From Candidatus Aenigmatarchaeota archaeon (GTDB taxonomy: Archaea; Aenigmatarchaeota; Aenigmatarchaeia; CG10238-14; SCSR01): 64,000 nucleotides of DNA. The notes below the pieces were generated by a model. The model searched no databases. It saw nothing but the letters and a program-made list of their open reading frames with translations, and had not been told where the DNA came from. The stretch covers positions 23,308 through 87,307 of the forward strand of contig JAWCSL010000001.1 of the NCBI GenBank assembly GCA_039090665.1. The letters are read 5' to 3'. A program made the position numbers and the translations under genes. Shown piece by piece: positions 20,480 through 32,605 of this stretch (positions within the stretch are counted from its first letter, which is position 1; every line of letters begins with the position of its first letter).

Positions 20480-20551
20480 GGGCCGGTAGATCAATGGTAG
20501 ATCGCCTCGCTTGCAACGAGGAGGCTCCGGGTTCAAATCCCGGCCGGTCCA
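20480..20551 (+). tRNA. tRNA-Ala (TGC) with G3:U70
   Basis: The acceptor stem is GGGCCGG/CCGGTCC with a G3-U70 wobble, the Ala identity element. The anticodon loop is CTTGCAA. The T-arm is CCGGG-TTCAAAT-CCCGG and the discriminator is A. It sits about 300 nt upstream of the 23S processing stem. Confidence 0.85.
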
Positions 20552-20865
20552 TCAATGAAATTTTATTAAATTTAAATTCGAAATCTTTATAAATACAAAA
20601 TACAACTTATTTATTTGCCGGTGTCAGTATGTCTGCTTAATTCGAGCATCGGCTTTCTTTATTTTAGCGATGAGCTTTGTCTTTCTCTGCTGACAAAAAA
20701 GATGAAGATGTGGACACCTTGTGAGCAAGCTGCATGCAACTCCTTATTGAAAGAATAAGGGGTGAAGAGTGGAGGTTGATGATAACATTTATTCGCCTGA
20801 AAAAAGATGAAGAGCGAACTGTCTATTTGAAACCATAAGATGACACTACCACAGGATCAAGGAGG

Positions 20866-24222
<3,357 letters not shown>

Positions 24223-24321
24223 CTCCTTGATCCTGTGGTAGTGTGAAAAAATTCTGATTCTCCCAAAAATATATACTAGAGTAGAGAAAACTTATTTAAT
24301 TGTCACTACATAGTAGTTATT

Positions 24322-24768
24322 ATGGAAATGGAAGAAGAATTCAATAAAAAACTTCGGGAAATAGGAAGGGCTTGTGGTAAGATAGCTTATGATATAAAAA
24401 ACTTATACAAGGGTGAGGTGGAAAAAATTCTTTTTGTTGTTCCTTTGAGAGGAGGCTGGCCAATCTGGGAAGGTGTTTCTTACGGCTTGTATAAACAGTT
24501 AGGCAGTTTTGAAGCAGATGTTGTTTTTCTTCCTGCCACTTCAATAGTGGAAGAAAGAGACAAATTTATAGAAAATAGTTTGACACACTTGTTCAAAAAA
24601 TTGTATCCTTGAAAGAAATTATAAGGCAGTAATAATTGTTGATGAAGCTGTAAGTGGATCTTCTTCAAAAATGGTTTTTGATAATGTGAAAAATTGTGTG
24701 AAAAATTATAAGCCAGAGTGGAAAAGGTTTTTATTGGAAAGATTTGAGTATTGAGCTTTATTTGGTTG
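24322..24768 (+). pseudogene. Phosphoribosyltransferase-like gene interrupted by a frameshift at an A6 run
   Basis: Frame a reads …ILFVVPLRGGWPIWEGV…LTHLFKKLYP*. The +1 frame continues …NYKAVIIVDEAVSGSSSKMVF…ERFEY*, where IIVDEAVSGSS resembles the PRPP-binding loop VLIVDDVxTGGT. The shift coincides with ttcaaaaaattg. Confidence 0.35.
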
Positions 24769-25043
24769 CAGCAAATAAAGGAGAAAAACTAAATCCAAGA
24801 ATTCGGAAGATGAGAAATGTTTTGATATACCCAATTGAAGATAAAATCATAACAACAGACAATTCTGAAATTTATCCTATGGAGTATGTAACAGAAGTTG
24901 GAAGAAGGGGTAGTGAAGATGATAAAATTTATAGAGTTGTAAAGCCAGATGTTGTTTTTGAGAAAAATGAAGTTTGGAAGGAGATTGTTAAAGAAATAGA
25001 AAGAGGTGTTGATGAATTTTTTGAAGCTCAAAACAAGAGTTAA
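24744..25043 (+). CDS. Hypothetical 99-aa protein (may be a further fragment of the preceding disrupted gene)
   Basis: An ORF only. Confidence 0.2.
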   Translation: MSIELYLVAANKGEKLNPRIRKMRNVLIYPIEDKIITTDNSEIYPMEYVTEVGRRGSEDDKIYRVVKPDVVFEKNEVWKEIVKEIERGVDEFFEAQNKS

Positions 25044-25092
25044 ACAAAAATTCTTCAAAATTTTTATTCTTGGTCATTGAAAGCTATCTCCC

Positions 25093-25806
25093 CTAAAAAA
25101 TCGCAACAAAGCAGAATCCAGAAAGGACAAGCAAATCAATGTGAAAAGGAATAAAAGAAGTTTTTATCAAGATTTGTCTTAAAGCATCGACACCATAAGT
25201 TAGCGGATCTAAAATAGAAGCAGTTTTCAACCAGTTTGGAGCTTGGTCCAAAGGATAGAAAGTAGCACTCAACAACATCAAAGGCATGATCAAAAAGTTC
25301 ATTATCAAGCCAAATACTTCCATTGTTTTGAGAAAAGAAGCTATTATCAGGCCTATGCTCACGAGACCAAGGGAAATTAAAACCATGATAAAAATTGATG
25401 AAAAGAATGTGGGAAAATCAAGATTTATGCCGAAAAAGAAAGACGAACACAAAATCAAAATTCCTTGAATCAAAGCTATTGTACAACCGCCTAAAGCCTT
25501 GCCCAAGAAGATCGAAATCCTGCTCACAGGCGCTACCAAAATTTCTTTCAAAAATCCAAATTCTCTGTCCCAAATCACAGAAATCCCTGTTGCTATAGAA
25601 ATCCCAACTAGCGAGATTGCAACTATCCCAGGAAAAAGAAAAGTTTGGTAGTTTAGATTGCTAATTTTCACAAAGCCAAAACCACTTCCAAGAACTATGA
25701 GAAAAAGAATTGGTTGAAGAAAAGAACTTACCACTCTAACTTTATCTCTTGTATACTTTTTAAGTTCTCTCCACCAAATCCAATAAATCGCTTCAAGCTC
25801 TCTCAT
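25093..25806 (-). CDS. ABC-2 type transporter permease
   Basis: Six predicted TM helices with an ABC-2 permease layout. The start MRELEAIYWIWWRELKK is chosen so that it overlaps the upstream ATPase stop by 14 nt. Confidence 0.8.
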   Translation of the reverse strand: MRELEAIYWIWWRELKKYTRDKVRVVSSFLQPILFLIVLGSGFGFVKISNLNYQTFLFPGIVAISLVGISIATGISVIWDREFGFLKEILVAPVSRISIFLGKALGGCTIALIQGILILCSSFFFGINLDFPTFFSSIFIMVLISLGLVSIGLIIASFLKTMEVFGLIMNFLIMPLMLLSATFYPLDQAPNWLKTASILDPLTYGVDALRQILIKTSFIPFHIDLLVLSGFCFVAIF

Positions 25807-26755
25807 AATTTCTTTCCCTGATTTCTTTACCAGTGTAATGCAAGAAAACATCTTCCAATCTTGGTTTTCTTATGTTTATTGAACTGACTTTTATTCCTTC
25901 CTTTTCGGCAAAGCTGAGAAGTTTGGGAACAAACTTGTCAGCATCTTTAACTGTTATGTGGATTTTTTTCTCGAGAATGTGAAAATTTTTCACTTCTTTC
26001 AACTCTCTTAATTTTCCCAAATTTTCAGTATTTTCGACTTCAAGAGTTATGACATCACCTTCCAAACTTTTCTTTAAATTTTCAGGAGTATCCAAAACTT
26101 TTATTTCTCCTTTGTCGATTATGGCAACCCTGTTGCAAAGGAAGTCAGCTTCTTCCATGTAATGAGTTGTTAAGAAAATTGTTATGTTTTCCTTTTCTAC
26201 AAGCTTCTTTATGTATTCCCAAATATGTTCTCTTGTTTGTGGGTCTAAGCCTAGAGTTGGCTCATCCAAAAATAAAACTTTTGGGTAGTGAATCAAACCT
26301 CTTGCTATCTCAAGCCTTCTCTTCATTCCTCCTGAAAATTTTTTCACGATTTCATTTTGCTTTTCAGCAAGACCAACAAGCTCTAAGACTTCATCTATCC
26401 TTTTCTTTCTCTCAGCTTTAGGTACTCCATACAAGCCCGCGTGCATTTCCAGATTTTCTCTTGCAGTAAGTCTATCTTCCAAGCTAGGATCTTGAAATAC
26501 TATTCCTATTGATTTTCTAACTTGATCTTTTTCCTTAATGATATCAAAACCATTAACTTTTGCTGTCCCGCTTGTTGGCTTCAATATCGTGCAAAGCATG
26601 GAGATGAAAGTTGTCTTGCCTGCACCATTCGGTCCAAGCAAGCCGAAAATTTCACCTTGATTGATTTGTATGCTCACATTGTTTACAGCTCTCAAGCCAT
26701 TGAAATCTTTTGTTAAGTTGAAAGTTTCTATTGCAAACATCTTTCTCACTTTCAA
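25793..26755 (-). CDS. ABC transporter ATP-binding protein
   Basis: Walker A is GPNGAGKTT, the ABC signature is LSGGMKRRLEIARGL, and Walker B is LFLDEPTLGLD. Confidence 0.85.
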   Translation of the reverse strand: MKVRKMFAIETFNLTKDFNGLRAVNNVSIQINQGEIFGLLGPNGAGKTTFISMLCTILKPTSGTAKVNGFDIIKEKDQVRKSIGIVFQDPSLEDRLTARENLEMHAGLYGVPKAERKKRIDEVLELVGLAEKQNEIVKKFSGGMKRRLEIARGLIHYPKVLFLDEPTLGLDPQTREHIWEYIKKLVEKENITIFLTTHYMEEADFLCNRVAIIDKGEIKVLDTPENLKKSLEGDVITLEVENTENLGKLRELKEVKNFHILEKKIHITVKDADKFVPKLLSFAEKEGIKVSSINIRKPRLEDVFLHYTGKEIRERNYERA

Positions 26756-26810
26756 TAGGAATGAATTTTTATTTTATTTAAGTTTAAAAATTGCTTCCCA
26801 AATTTATTTT

Positions 26811-27647
26811 ATGAAAATCATTTTCTCTGAAAAATGTTTAGAATATTCTGACTTTCATATAGAAAGCCCTGAAAGGGTGAGAAAAGCTTACGAAATTTTA
26901 AGAGAAGCGGGATATGAATTTCTTGAACCAGAGCCTGCATCTGAAGAAGACATTTTAAGAGTTCATACTAAGGAACATTTGGAAAGAATTAAAACTGGAA
27001 ATTTTTTTGATCCAGACACTCCTGCTTACAATAACATTTATGAGTATGCGAGATTAGCGGCAGGAGGAGCGATTCTTGCTGCAAAAGTAAAAGGCTTTTC
27101 TTTAATGCGTCCTCCAGGACATCATGCTGGCAAGAATGGAAAAGCCCTGGGTGCTTCAACTTTAGGTTTTTGCTATTTCAACAACATTGCAATTGCTGTA
27201 AGAGCTTTGGGCAAATCAACGCTTATAATTGATATAGATGGCCATCACGGCAATGGTACTCAAGAAATTTTCTTCAAAGACCCAAAAGTTACTTACATTT
27301 CTTTACATTGTTCTCCCCTTTATCCAGGTACAGGTAAATATTCTGAAGAAAATTGCTTTAACTTTCCTTTGTCTGCAGATGTGGGAGAAAAGAAATATTT
27401 ACAAACTCTTAAACTGGCTTTATCCAAAGTTGAAAAAAGAAATTTTGAGGTTATAGCAATCTCTGCGGGTTTTGATTGTCATGCTGGAGACATAGCTTCT
27501 TTGGGTTTGACTTCTAAATCTTTCAGGAAAATTGGAGAAATGATAAAGAAATTGGAGAGACCAGTTTTTGGTGTTTTAGAGGGTGGTTACATAGGAGAAA
27601 ATGTGGGAAAAGATTTAAATGAACTTTTAAAGGGATTGGAAGCTTGA
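26811..27647 (+). CDS. Histone deacetylase-family protein (AcuC / acetylpolyamine amidohydrolase-like)
   Basis: RPPGHHA, IIDIDGHHGNGTQ, FDCHAGD and LEGGY form the complete HDAC catalytic motif set. Confidence 0.85.
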   Translation: MKIIFSEKCLEYSDFHIESPERVRKAYEILREAGYEFLEPEPASEEDILRVHTKEHLERIKTGNFFDPDTPAYNNIYEYARLAAGGAILAAKVKGFSLMRPPGHHAGKNGKALGASTLGFCYFNNIAIAVRALGKSTLIIDIDGHHGNGTQEIFFKDPKVTYISLHCSPLYPGTGKYSEENCFNFPLSADVGEKKYLQTLKLALSKVEKRNFEVIAISAGFDCHAGDIASLGLTSKSFRKIGEMIKKLERPVFGVLEGGYIGENVGKDLNELLKGLEA

Positions 27648-27649
27648 AT

Positions 27650-28042
27650 TCATTTCAATTCCTTTAAAGTTCTTATTCCAACAATTTCAAAATAATCCAC
27701 TTCTTCCCCTTGTTTTATTTTTTCTTTTCTTTCTTCAGGAATCTCGAGCTCAAAAACTTCAAAAGTTGTTAAATCCATGAGCTGAGCCTTTTCACCAAGA
27801 ATTGCAACAACCTGAGCTTTCTTCTTCTCCAGAATTGGAACTTCCACTGTTTCGTCAGCTGGTTTTACTATGCTTCTTCTCTTGTTGTCCAAAAGACCGA
27901 TTGCTTCCACTCTAGCTTTGGCTGCCCCATGCTTGCCAGATTTGCTAACATCAACTCTCTCCACTCTACAAGGAACATCATCTATCAAAATGAAGCCATT
28001 TGGTTTAAGATCTTTTATCACGGCTGTGGTTTTTGCCATCAA
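27650..28042 (-). CDS. Translation initiation factor 5A (aIF5A; hypusine-containing)
   Basis: VSKSGKHGAAKARVEA is the hypusination loop (SKTGKHGHAK consensus). The size of 130 aa fits. Confidence 0.85.
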   Translation of the reverse strand: MMAKTTAVIKDLKPNGFILIDDVPCRVERVDVSKSGKHGAAKARVEAIGLLDNKRRSIVKPADETVEVPILEKKKAQVVAILGEKAQLMDLTTFEVFELEIPEERKEKIKQGEEVDYFEIVGIRTLKELK

Positions 28043-28172
28043 ACTTCACCTTCATAATAATTTGAGCAAAGGAATATAAATTTCTAAGGTCTTAAAAGTT
28101 TAATTCATGATTGGAAAATTTATTGTCGCCTGTTGATAAAAGCATAAATATTTTAATGTTTCACAAATTTTT

Positions 28173-28604
28173 ATGTCAAATGAAGATTTGATTGTTATAC
28201 CTATTGAGATCAATTTCCCAGATTTTTATAATAAATATTTTAGCAGTGTGCCAGATCCTAAAAAGAATGTAAAAAGAGGCCAACCATATATTGCTTATCG
28301 CGATGAAGAGAGAAATTCTTGCGAAATATCATTTACTTACATCATAAAAAAGGAAATGCGCGTGATCTTTACACTTCAGTTTGAAAAAGAAGACAATTCA
28401 TATAAAGGAAGAATTTCTCAAACAGATGTTGCTCTACTTAAAGTAGAAAGAAATAGCTTGGAAAATAAATGGAGAGGAAGCCTGGAAAAAGCAAAAAATA
28501 ATCAAGAGACCAAGGATGCTGTAGAGTCTTTTCTTCATGACATCAATAAAATTAGAGAAGAGTTACAGCGACAATATTCACCTTCAACCAAACATTTATT
28601 CTAA
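28173..28604 (+). CDS. Hypothetical 143-aa protein
   Basis: An ORF with typical composition. No motif is recognised. Confidence 0.4.
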   Translation: MSNEDLIVIPIEINFPDFYNKYFSSVPDPKKNVKRGQPYIAYRDEERNSCEISFTYIIKKEMRVIFTLQFEKEDNSYKGRISQTDVALLKVERNSLENKWRGSLEKAKNNQETKDAVESFLHDINKIREELQRQYSPSTKHLF

Positions 28605-28633
28605 AAATTTTTTGTTAAAAGAAGGATTGCCCT

Positions 28634-28846
28634 CTATCTGATAGCCATTTGCACATCTTCTCTCCTTACAGTAACACGCTTGGCATGTCTTGCTGCAACC
28701 AAAGCATCTAAAGCAATTTTTTCAGCCATCTCAAGCATGATGTTCTTGAGCTCTATCACGGCTGACTCAGAGACCCTATCAGCCCCTACCTCTTTCCCTG
28801 CCTTTTTCAAAATCTTCTCTAATGGGAAGAGTGGAAAATCTTTCAT
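28634..28846 (-). CDS. Archaeal histone (HMf-like histone fold)
   Basis: …FPLEKILKKAGKEVGADRVSESAVIELKNIMLEMAEKIALDALVAARHAKRVTVRREDVQMAIR matches the archaeal histone fold (…AGAERVSDDA…ARHAGRKTI…EDI…A). The start is placed at the second Met, giving 70 aa. Confidence 0.75.
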   Translation of the reverse strand: MKDFPLFPLEKILKKAGKEVGADRVSESAVIELKNIMLEMAEKIALDALVAARHAKRVTVRREDVQMAIR

Positions 28847-28890
28847 ATTAATTCTGTTTATTTTATTTTGCATTTTTATTATTTATTGTT

Positions 28891-29358
28891 ATGAGAGCAG
28901 TGCTAGATACTTCTGCAATAATTTATCTTCAAGATTTTCGAAAGTTTGATGAAATTTTCATCCCCCCTTCAGTGATAGAAGAAGTTAAAGACAAGCTTTC
29001 CACCATGAAACTTGAAGCTATGGAATCAAAAATAGTCGAGCCTGAAGAAAGTTTTGTTGAAGAAGTAAAAAGAGTAGCCAATAAGACAGGGGATTTGGAA
29101 AAGCTTTCTAAAACAGACATTCAAGTTTTGGCTTTGGCCAAGCAAGTTGAAGCTGTTTTAGTTTCTGATGACTACAACATTCAAAATGTGGCAAAAAAGC
29201 TTGGAATAAAATACATCACACTCTTCGGCAAAGGAATCAAAAAACTCTATTTTTGGAAAAAATATTGCCCTGCTTGCAAAAAATATTTCAAAAAAGATTT
29301 GAAAGAGTGTCTTGTTTGTGGAACCAAGCTGAAAAGAGTGCCAAAAAAATCAAACTAA
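28891..29358 (+). CDS. PIN-domain endonuclease with C-terminal zinc ribbon (Nob1-like pre-rRNA processing nuclease)
   Basis: The N-terminal PIN (VLDTSAII…D) plus the C-terminal CPACKK…CLVCG zinc ribbon is the archaeal Nob1 architecture. Confidence 0.6.
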   Translation: MRAVLDTSAIIYLQDFRKFDEIFIPPSVIEEVKDKLSTMKLEAMESKIVEPEESFVEEVKRVANKTGDLEKLSKTDIQVLALAKQVEAVLVSDDYNIQNVAKKLGIKYITLFGKGIKKLYFWKKYCPACKKYFKKDLKECLVCGTKLKRVPKKSN

Positions 29359-29807
29359 ATCAACCAAAAAATCAAACCAATCAAACCCAAAATTATTAGC
29401 AAAATTCCAATAAATTTTGCGAGTTTTGCTACCAGAACCAAAATAATCCCAAAGATTAAAAGCAAAATAGGATTTGGAGCAATGATGCTGAAGAACACGC
29501 TTTTTATTTTATTTATTTTGGGTTGTTCTGCAAAAGCTGTCTTGTTTGAATAACCCCATTGACATTTGTTGTTTATACACTGGCAAGTTAAGTTGTAGTT
29601 CTTTGCTATGTAGCATTCTCTAAATTCACAAGTTGTTATAGTCCCTTCATTTACCCTTTCACAAACTTGTCCGCTACATCCACCCACTTGACAATCAGAA
29701 TCTTTTGAGCAAGAGCTGTAAGTGGACCAGCCGCAAAAAGGTTGAAGAGCTGTGGTTGCTTGAGTTAAAAAAAGTAATGCAATTGTAAGCATTATCAACC
29801 TTTCCAT
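29355..29807 (-). CDS. Secreted Cys-rich protein with C-terminal TM anchor
   Basis: The start is re-placed at the ATG at 29807 (MERLIMLTIALLFLTQATTA is a signal peptide). A 10-Cys module (CGWSTYSSCSKDSDCQVGGCSGQVCE…CEFRECY…CQCINNKCQ) is followed by a hydrophobic C-terminus. Confidence 0.45.
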   Translation of the reverse strand: MERLIMLTIALLFLTQATTALQPFCGWSTYSSCSKDSDCQVGGCSGQVCERVNEGTITTCEFRECYIAKNYNLTCQCINNKCQWGYSNKTAFAEQPKINKIKSVFFSIIAPNPILLLIFGIILVLVAKLAKFIGILLIILGLIGLIFWLI

Positions 29808-29901
29808 AATATTGAATTTAATTTTTTTGGATATAAAGATGGGGTAGAAAAGCTTTAAAAATATAACGCCTAGATTTACTCTAAGCACAAAAAATAAATA
29901 G

Positions 29902-31113
29902 GTGAAAAGTATGAATGTTCTGGTCTTAGGATGTGGTGCTGTAGGTTCTTCAATAATAAGGCTTTTACTTAAAGAGAAATTTATAGATGAAATTTTATGT
30001 GTAGCAAAAGACAAAAAAACAGCAAAAGATTTCTTACTTCAAAACTTCAAGGATATAGAGTTTAAAGTCGCTGATGCTCTTGATTTCAGCGAAATTAAAA
30101 ACCTGTTACAAAAGTCAGATTTTGTGATAAATGCTTTACCAAGCTACTTGGAAGTTGCAGGTAAGAACATACTAGTTAACTTGAAAATTTTGGAATTTTG
30201 TTTGAAAGTTGGTGTCAATTACCTTGATTTTGCTTGCTATGGTGATGAAAAGAGAAAAATTGCAGAGCAACTCTTGATGGCCAAGAAATTTGAAAAAGAG
30301 AAGCTTTTTGCTTTGATAAATGCTGGAATATGCCCGGGCTTGTCCAACCTTCTTGCAAAAGAGAGTAGCGAGGAATTTGAGTACTTGGAAAGTATAAAGA
30401 TAAGGACTTTAGAAGATCAGAGAGGACTAGAATTTGTTTTGCCTTGGTCTAAAGAAGGTCTGTTTGATGTGGCTTCCAAAGTTTTGGTCTACAGAAACTA
30501 CAAGTTCTTCTTTAAAGAACCTTTCACAGAAAGGGAGAATTATGATTATCCTTCTTTCGGAAAAATTTCTTGCTATTTACTTTCGCATGACGAGGTTTAC
30601 ACTTTACCACACTTCATCAAAGTGAGAAATGTGGATGTGAAAGGCGGAGGAAGCGATATAGAAATTTTATTTGCTCTCTACAAGCTTGGAATTTTGGAAG
30701 ATGAGAAAGTTAGAGTTGGAAAGTTCAGGATTTCACCAAAGAAATTCGTTTATTCCATAGTCAAGGGCACACCAACAACAAAAGAGTTTGTGAAGATAAT
30801 TGAAAGTGGAATAATAGAAGATGCTTTTTTTGGTCTATTTGTGGATTGTAAAGGATATAGAAAGAACAACAGAATTTTAGTCAGGAATTATGTCACTTTT
30901 TCTCAAAAGATGATAAACAAAAAGCTTTACGGCACAAACTACATTTCTTATCCTACAGCTCTTTCTTCCGTGATTTTCTTGAAGTCTGTCCACAAAAGAA
31001 GGCTGTATGGAGTTTTGCCACCAGAAGCTTTGCCAAAAGCAGCGAGAAAGAAATTTTTGAATGAATTGGAGAGAAAAGACATAATACTGAATGAAGAATA
31101 CAAGAAATTGTAA
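29902..31113 (+). CDS. Saccharopine dehydrogenase-family NAD(P)-binding oxidoreductase
   Basis: The N-terminal Rossmann VLVLGCGAVGSSI and a length of about 400 aa fit. The overall similarity to the Sacchrp_dh fold (LYS1/LYS9 or carboxynorspermidine dehydrogenase) was judged by eye. Confidence 0.6.
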   Translation: MKSMNVLVLGCGAVGSSIIRLLLKEKFIDEILCVAKDKKTAKDFLLQNFKDIEFKVADALDFSEIKNLLQKSDFVINALPSYLEVAGKNILVNLKILEFCLKVGVNYLDFACYGDEKRKIAEQLLMAKKFEKEKLFALINAGICPGLSNLLAKESSEEFEYLESIKIRTLEDQRGLEFVLPWSKEGLFDVASKVLVYRNYKFFFKEPFTERENYDYPSFGKISCYLLSHDEVYTLPHFIKVRNVDVKGGGSDIEILFALYKLGILEDEKVRVGKFRISPKKFVYSIVKGTPTTKEFVKIIESGIIEDAFFGLFVDCKGYRKNNRILVRNYVTFSQKMINKKLYGTNYISYPTALSSVIFLKSVHKRRLYGVLPPEALPKAARKKFLNELERKDIILNEEYKKL

Positions 31114-31117
31114 AAGA

Positions 31118-31561
31118 TTAAAAGAAGATCTTTGATGATGTTGTTATATCTTTTATTATAGTTGCCGGTTCTCCTTCTTTAATTTTATGTTCTTCAAATA
31201 CAGAATAGCTAAGAAATATCGCGTTTTTTTCTTCTTTTAGTAGATCTCGGTAATACTTGATGATCCGTATGTTCATCCCCACAAGCAGACCTTCAAGCTT
31301 AACTTTGTTTTTATGTGTCAATAATTTACAATTGATAACTGGATGTAAGGATTCTGAAGTAGCTAATTTTTTGAAGAAGTAACTATTAGTTAACATCAAT
31401 TTTTCTCCAAATTCTTCATAAAGTTGTTGAATATTTTCATCTTTGAAAGTTTGGATTATTTTTTCTGTCGATTGGAACACGGAAGCAAGATATATTTGTG
31501 AATTTATCTTGGTCAAATCAAGTCTCATCAACAAAAAATTTGTTATTAAAAATTTTATCAA
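31118..31561 (-). CDS. Hypothetical 147-aa protein
   Basis: An ORF only. Confidence 0.35.
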   Translation of the reverse strand: MIKFLITNFLLMRLDLTKINSQIYLASVFQSTEKIIQTFKDENIQQLYEEFGEKLMLTNSYFFKKLATSESLHPVINCKLLTHKNKVKLEGLLVGMNIRIIKYYRDLLKEEKNAIFLSYSVFEEHKIKEGEPATIIKDITTSSKIFF

Positions 31562-31672
31562 TTTATGTTCTTTCCACTTTTAGGCTAATTTCAAAAACGA
31601 TAACTTTAAATACTTATTGGTACAACATTTTTATAAGTTTTGAATTAAAGTTTCACCAAAGAGTGATAAAAA

Positions 31673-32605
31673 ATGGTAAAAAAAGCAAGAACAGGCTCAA
31701 GATGTCCTGAATGTGGTAGCCCTAACCTTATAGAAGATCCTAATCGTGGAGAAATGATTTGCAAGGATTGTGGACTTGTTTTGAAAGAAGAGCTCATAGA
31801 CACTGGACAAGAATGGAGAGCTTTTGATTCAGAGCAGATGAGCAGGAGAGCAAGAGGTGGGGCTCCTTTAACTTTCACAAAGCATGATAAAGGAATGACT
31901 ACAGAAATAGGAAAAGGTGTTGGTGAGCTTTACAAAGTTCCTTCCAAGAAAAGAGCCCAATATTACAGGCTAACAAAGTGGCATAAGCGCTTGATAAAAT
32001 CAAAAGACAGAAACTTGAGCTTTGCTTTGAGCGAATTGCAAAGAATTGTTTCTTTCTTGAATTTGTCCAAAAGCATTCATGAAAGGATAGCAAGGTATTA
32101 TGAAGAAGCTGTTAATAAAGGGCTTGTAAGAGGAAGAAGCATAGAATCGGTCATAGCAGCTTTAACTTATGCTGTTTCAAGAGAATTTGGATCTCCCCGC
32201 ACGCTTGATGAAATTTCAGAAGCTTCTGGTGTTGAAAAAAGGGAAATTGGAAGAACTTACCGCTACATAGCTAGAGAACTTGATCTCAGGATCTTACCTG
32301 CAGATCCGATAACTTTTGTTCCTCGTTTCTGCTCAATGCTTGGGTTAAGCGATAAAGTGCAAGCAAAAGCAATTGAAATTTTGAAGAAAGCAAAGAAATC
32401 AGAAATAACTTCTGGTAAAGGACCAACTGGAGTGGCAGCAGCTGCGATTTACATTGCTTCTGTTCTTGTTGGGGAAAAGAGGACACAAAGAGAAGTTGCT
32501 GACATTGTGGGTGTGACAGAAGTGACCATAAGAAACAGACAAAAAGAGCTTGTAGAGAAGCTTGGGATTGAAGAGGAAGTGGAAAAGAAAGCTAGGGAAG
32601 AGTAG
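31673..32605 (+). CDS. tfb: Transcription initiation factor TFIIB (TFB)
   Basis: The N-terminal Zn ribbon CPECGS…CKDCG and two cyclin-fold repeats are present. A TATA-like TTTTATAAG lies about 35 nt upstream. Confidence 0.9.
   Translation: MVKKARTGSRCPECGSPNLIEDPNRGEMICKDCGLVLKEELIDTGQEWRAFDSEQMSRRARGGAPLTFTKHDKGMTTEIGKGVGELYKVPSKKRAQYYRLTKWHKRLIKSKDRNLSFALSELQRIVSFLNLSKSIHERIARYYEEAVNKGLVRGRSIESVIAALTYAVSREFGSPRTLDEISEASGVEKREIGRTYRYIARELDLRILPADPITFVPRFCSMLGLSDKVQAKAIEILKKAKKSEITSGKGPTGVAAAAIYIASVLVGEKRTQREVADIVGVTEVTIRNRQKELVEKLGIEEEVEKKAREE

Noticed and set aside
24240-24320. Looked for a 5S rRNA downstream of 23S
   Set aside because: No ~120-nt GC-rich 5S-like segment is visible after 23S or elsewhere in the window. 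5S is presumably elsewhere in the genome.
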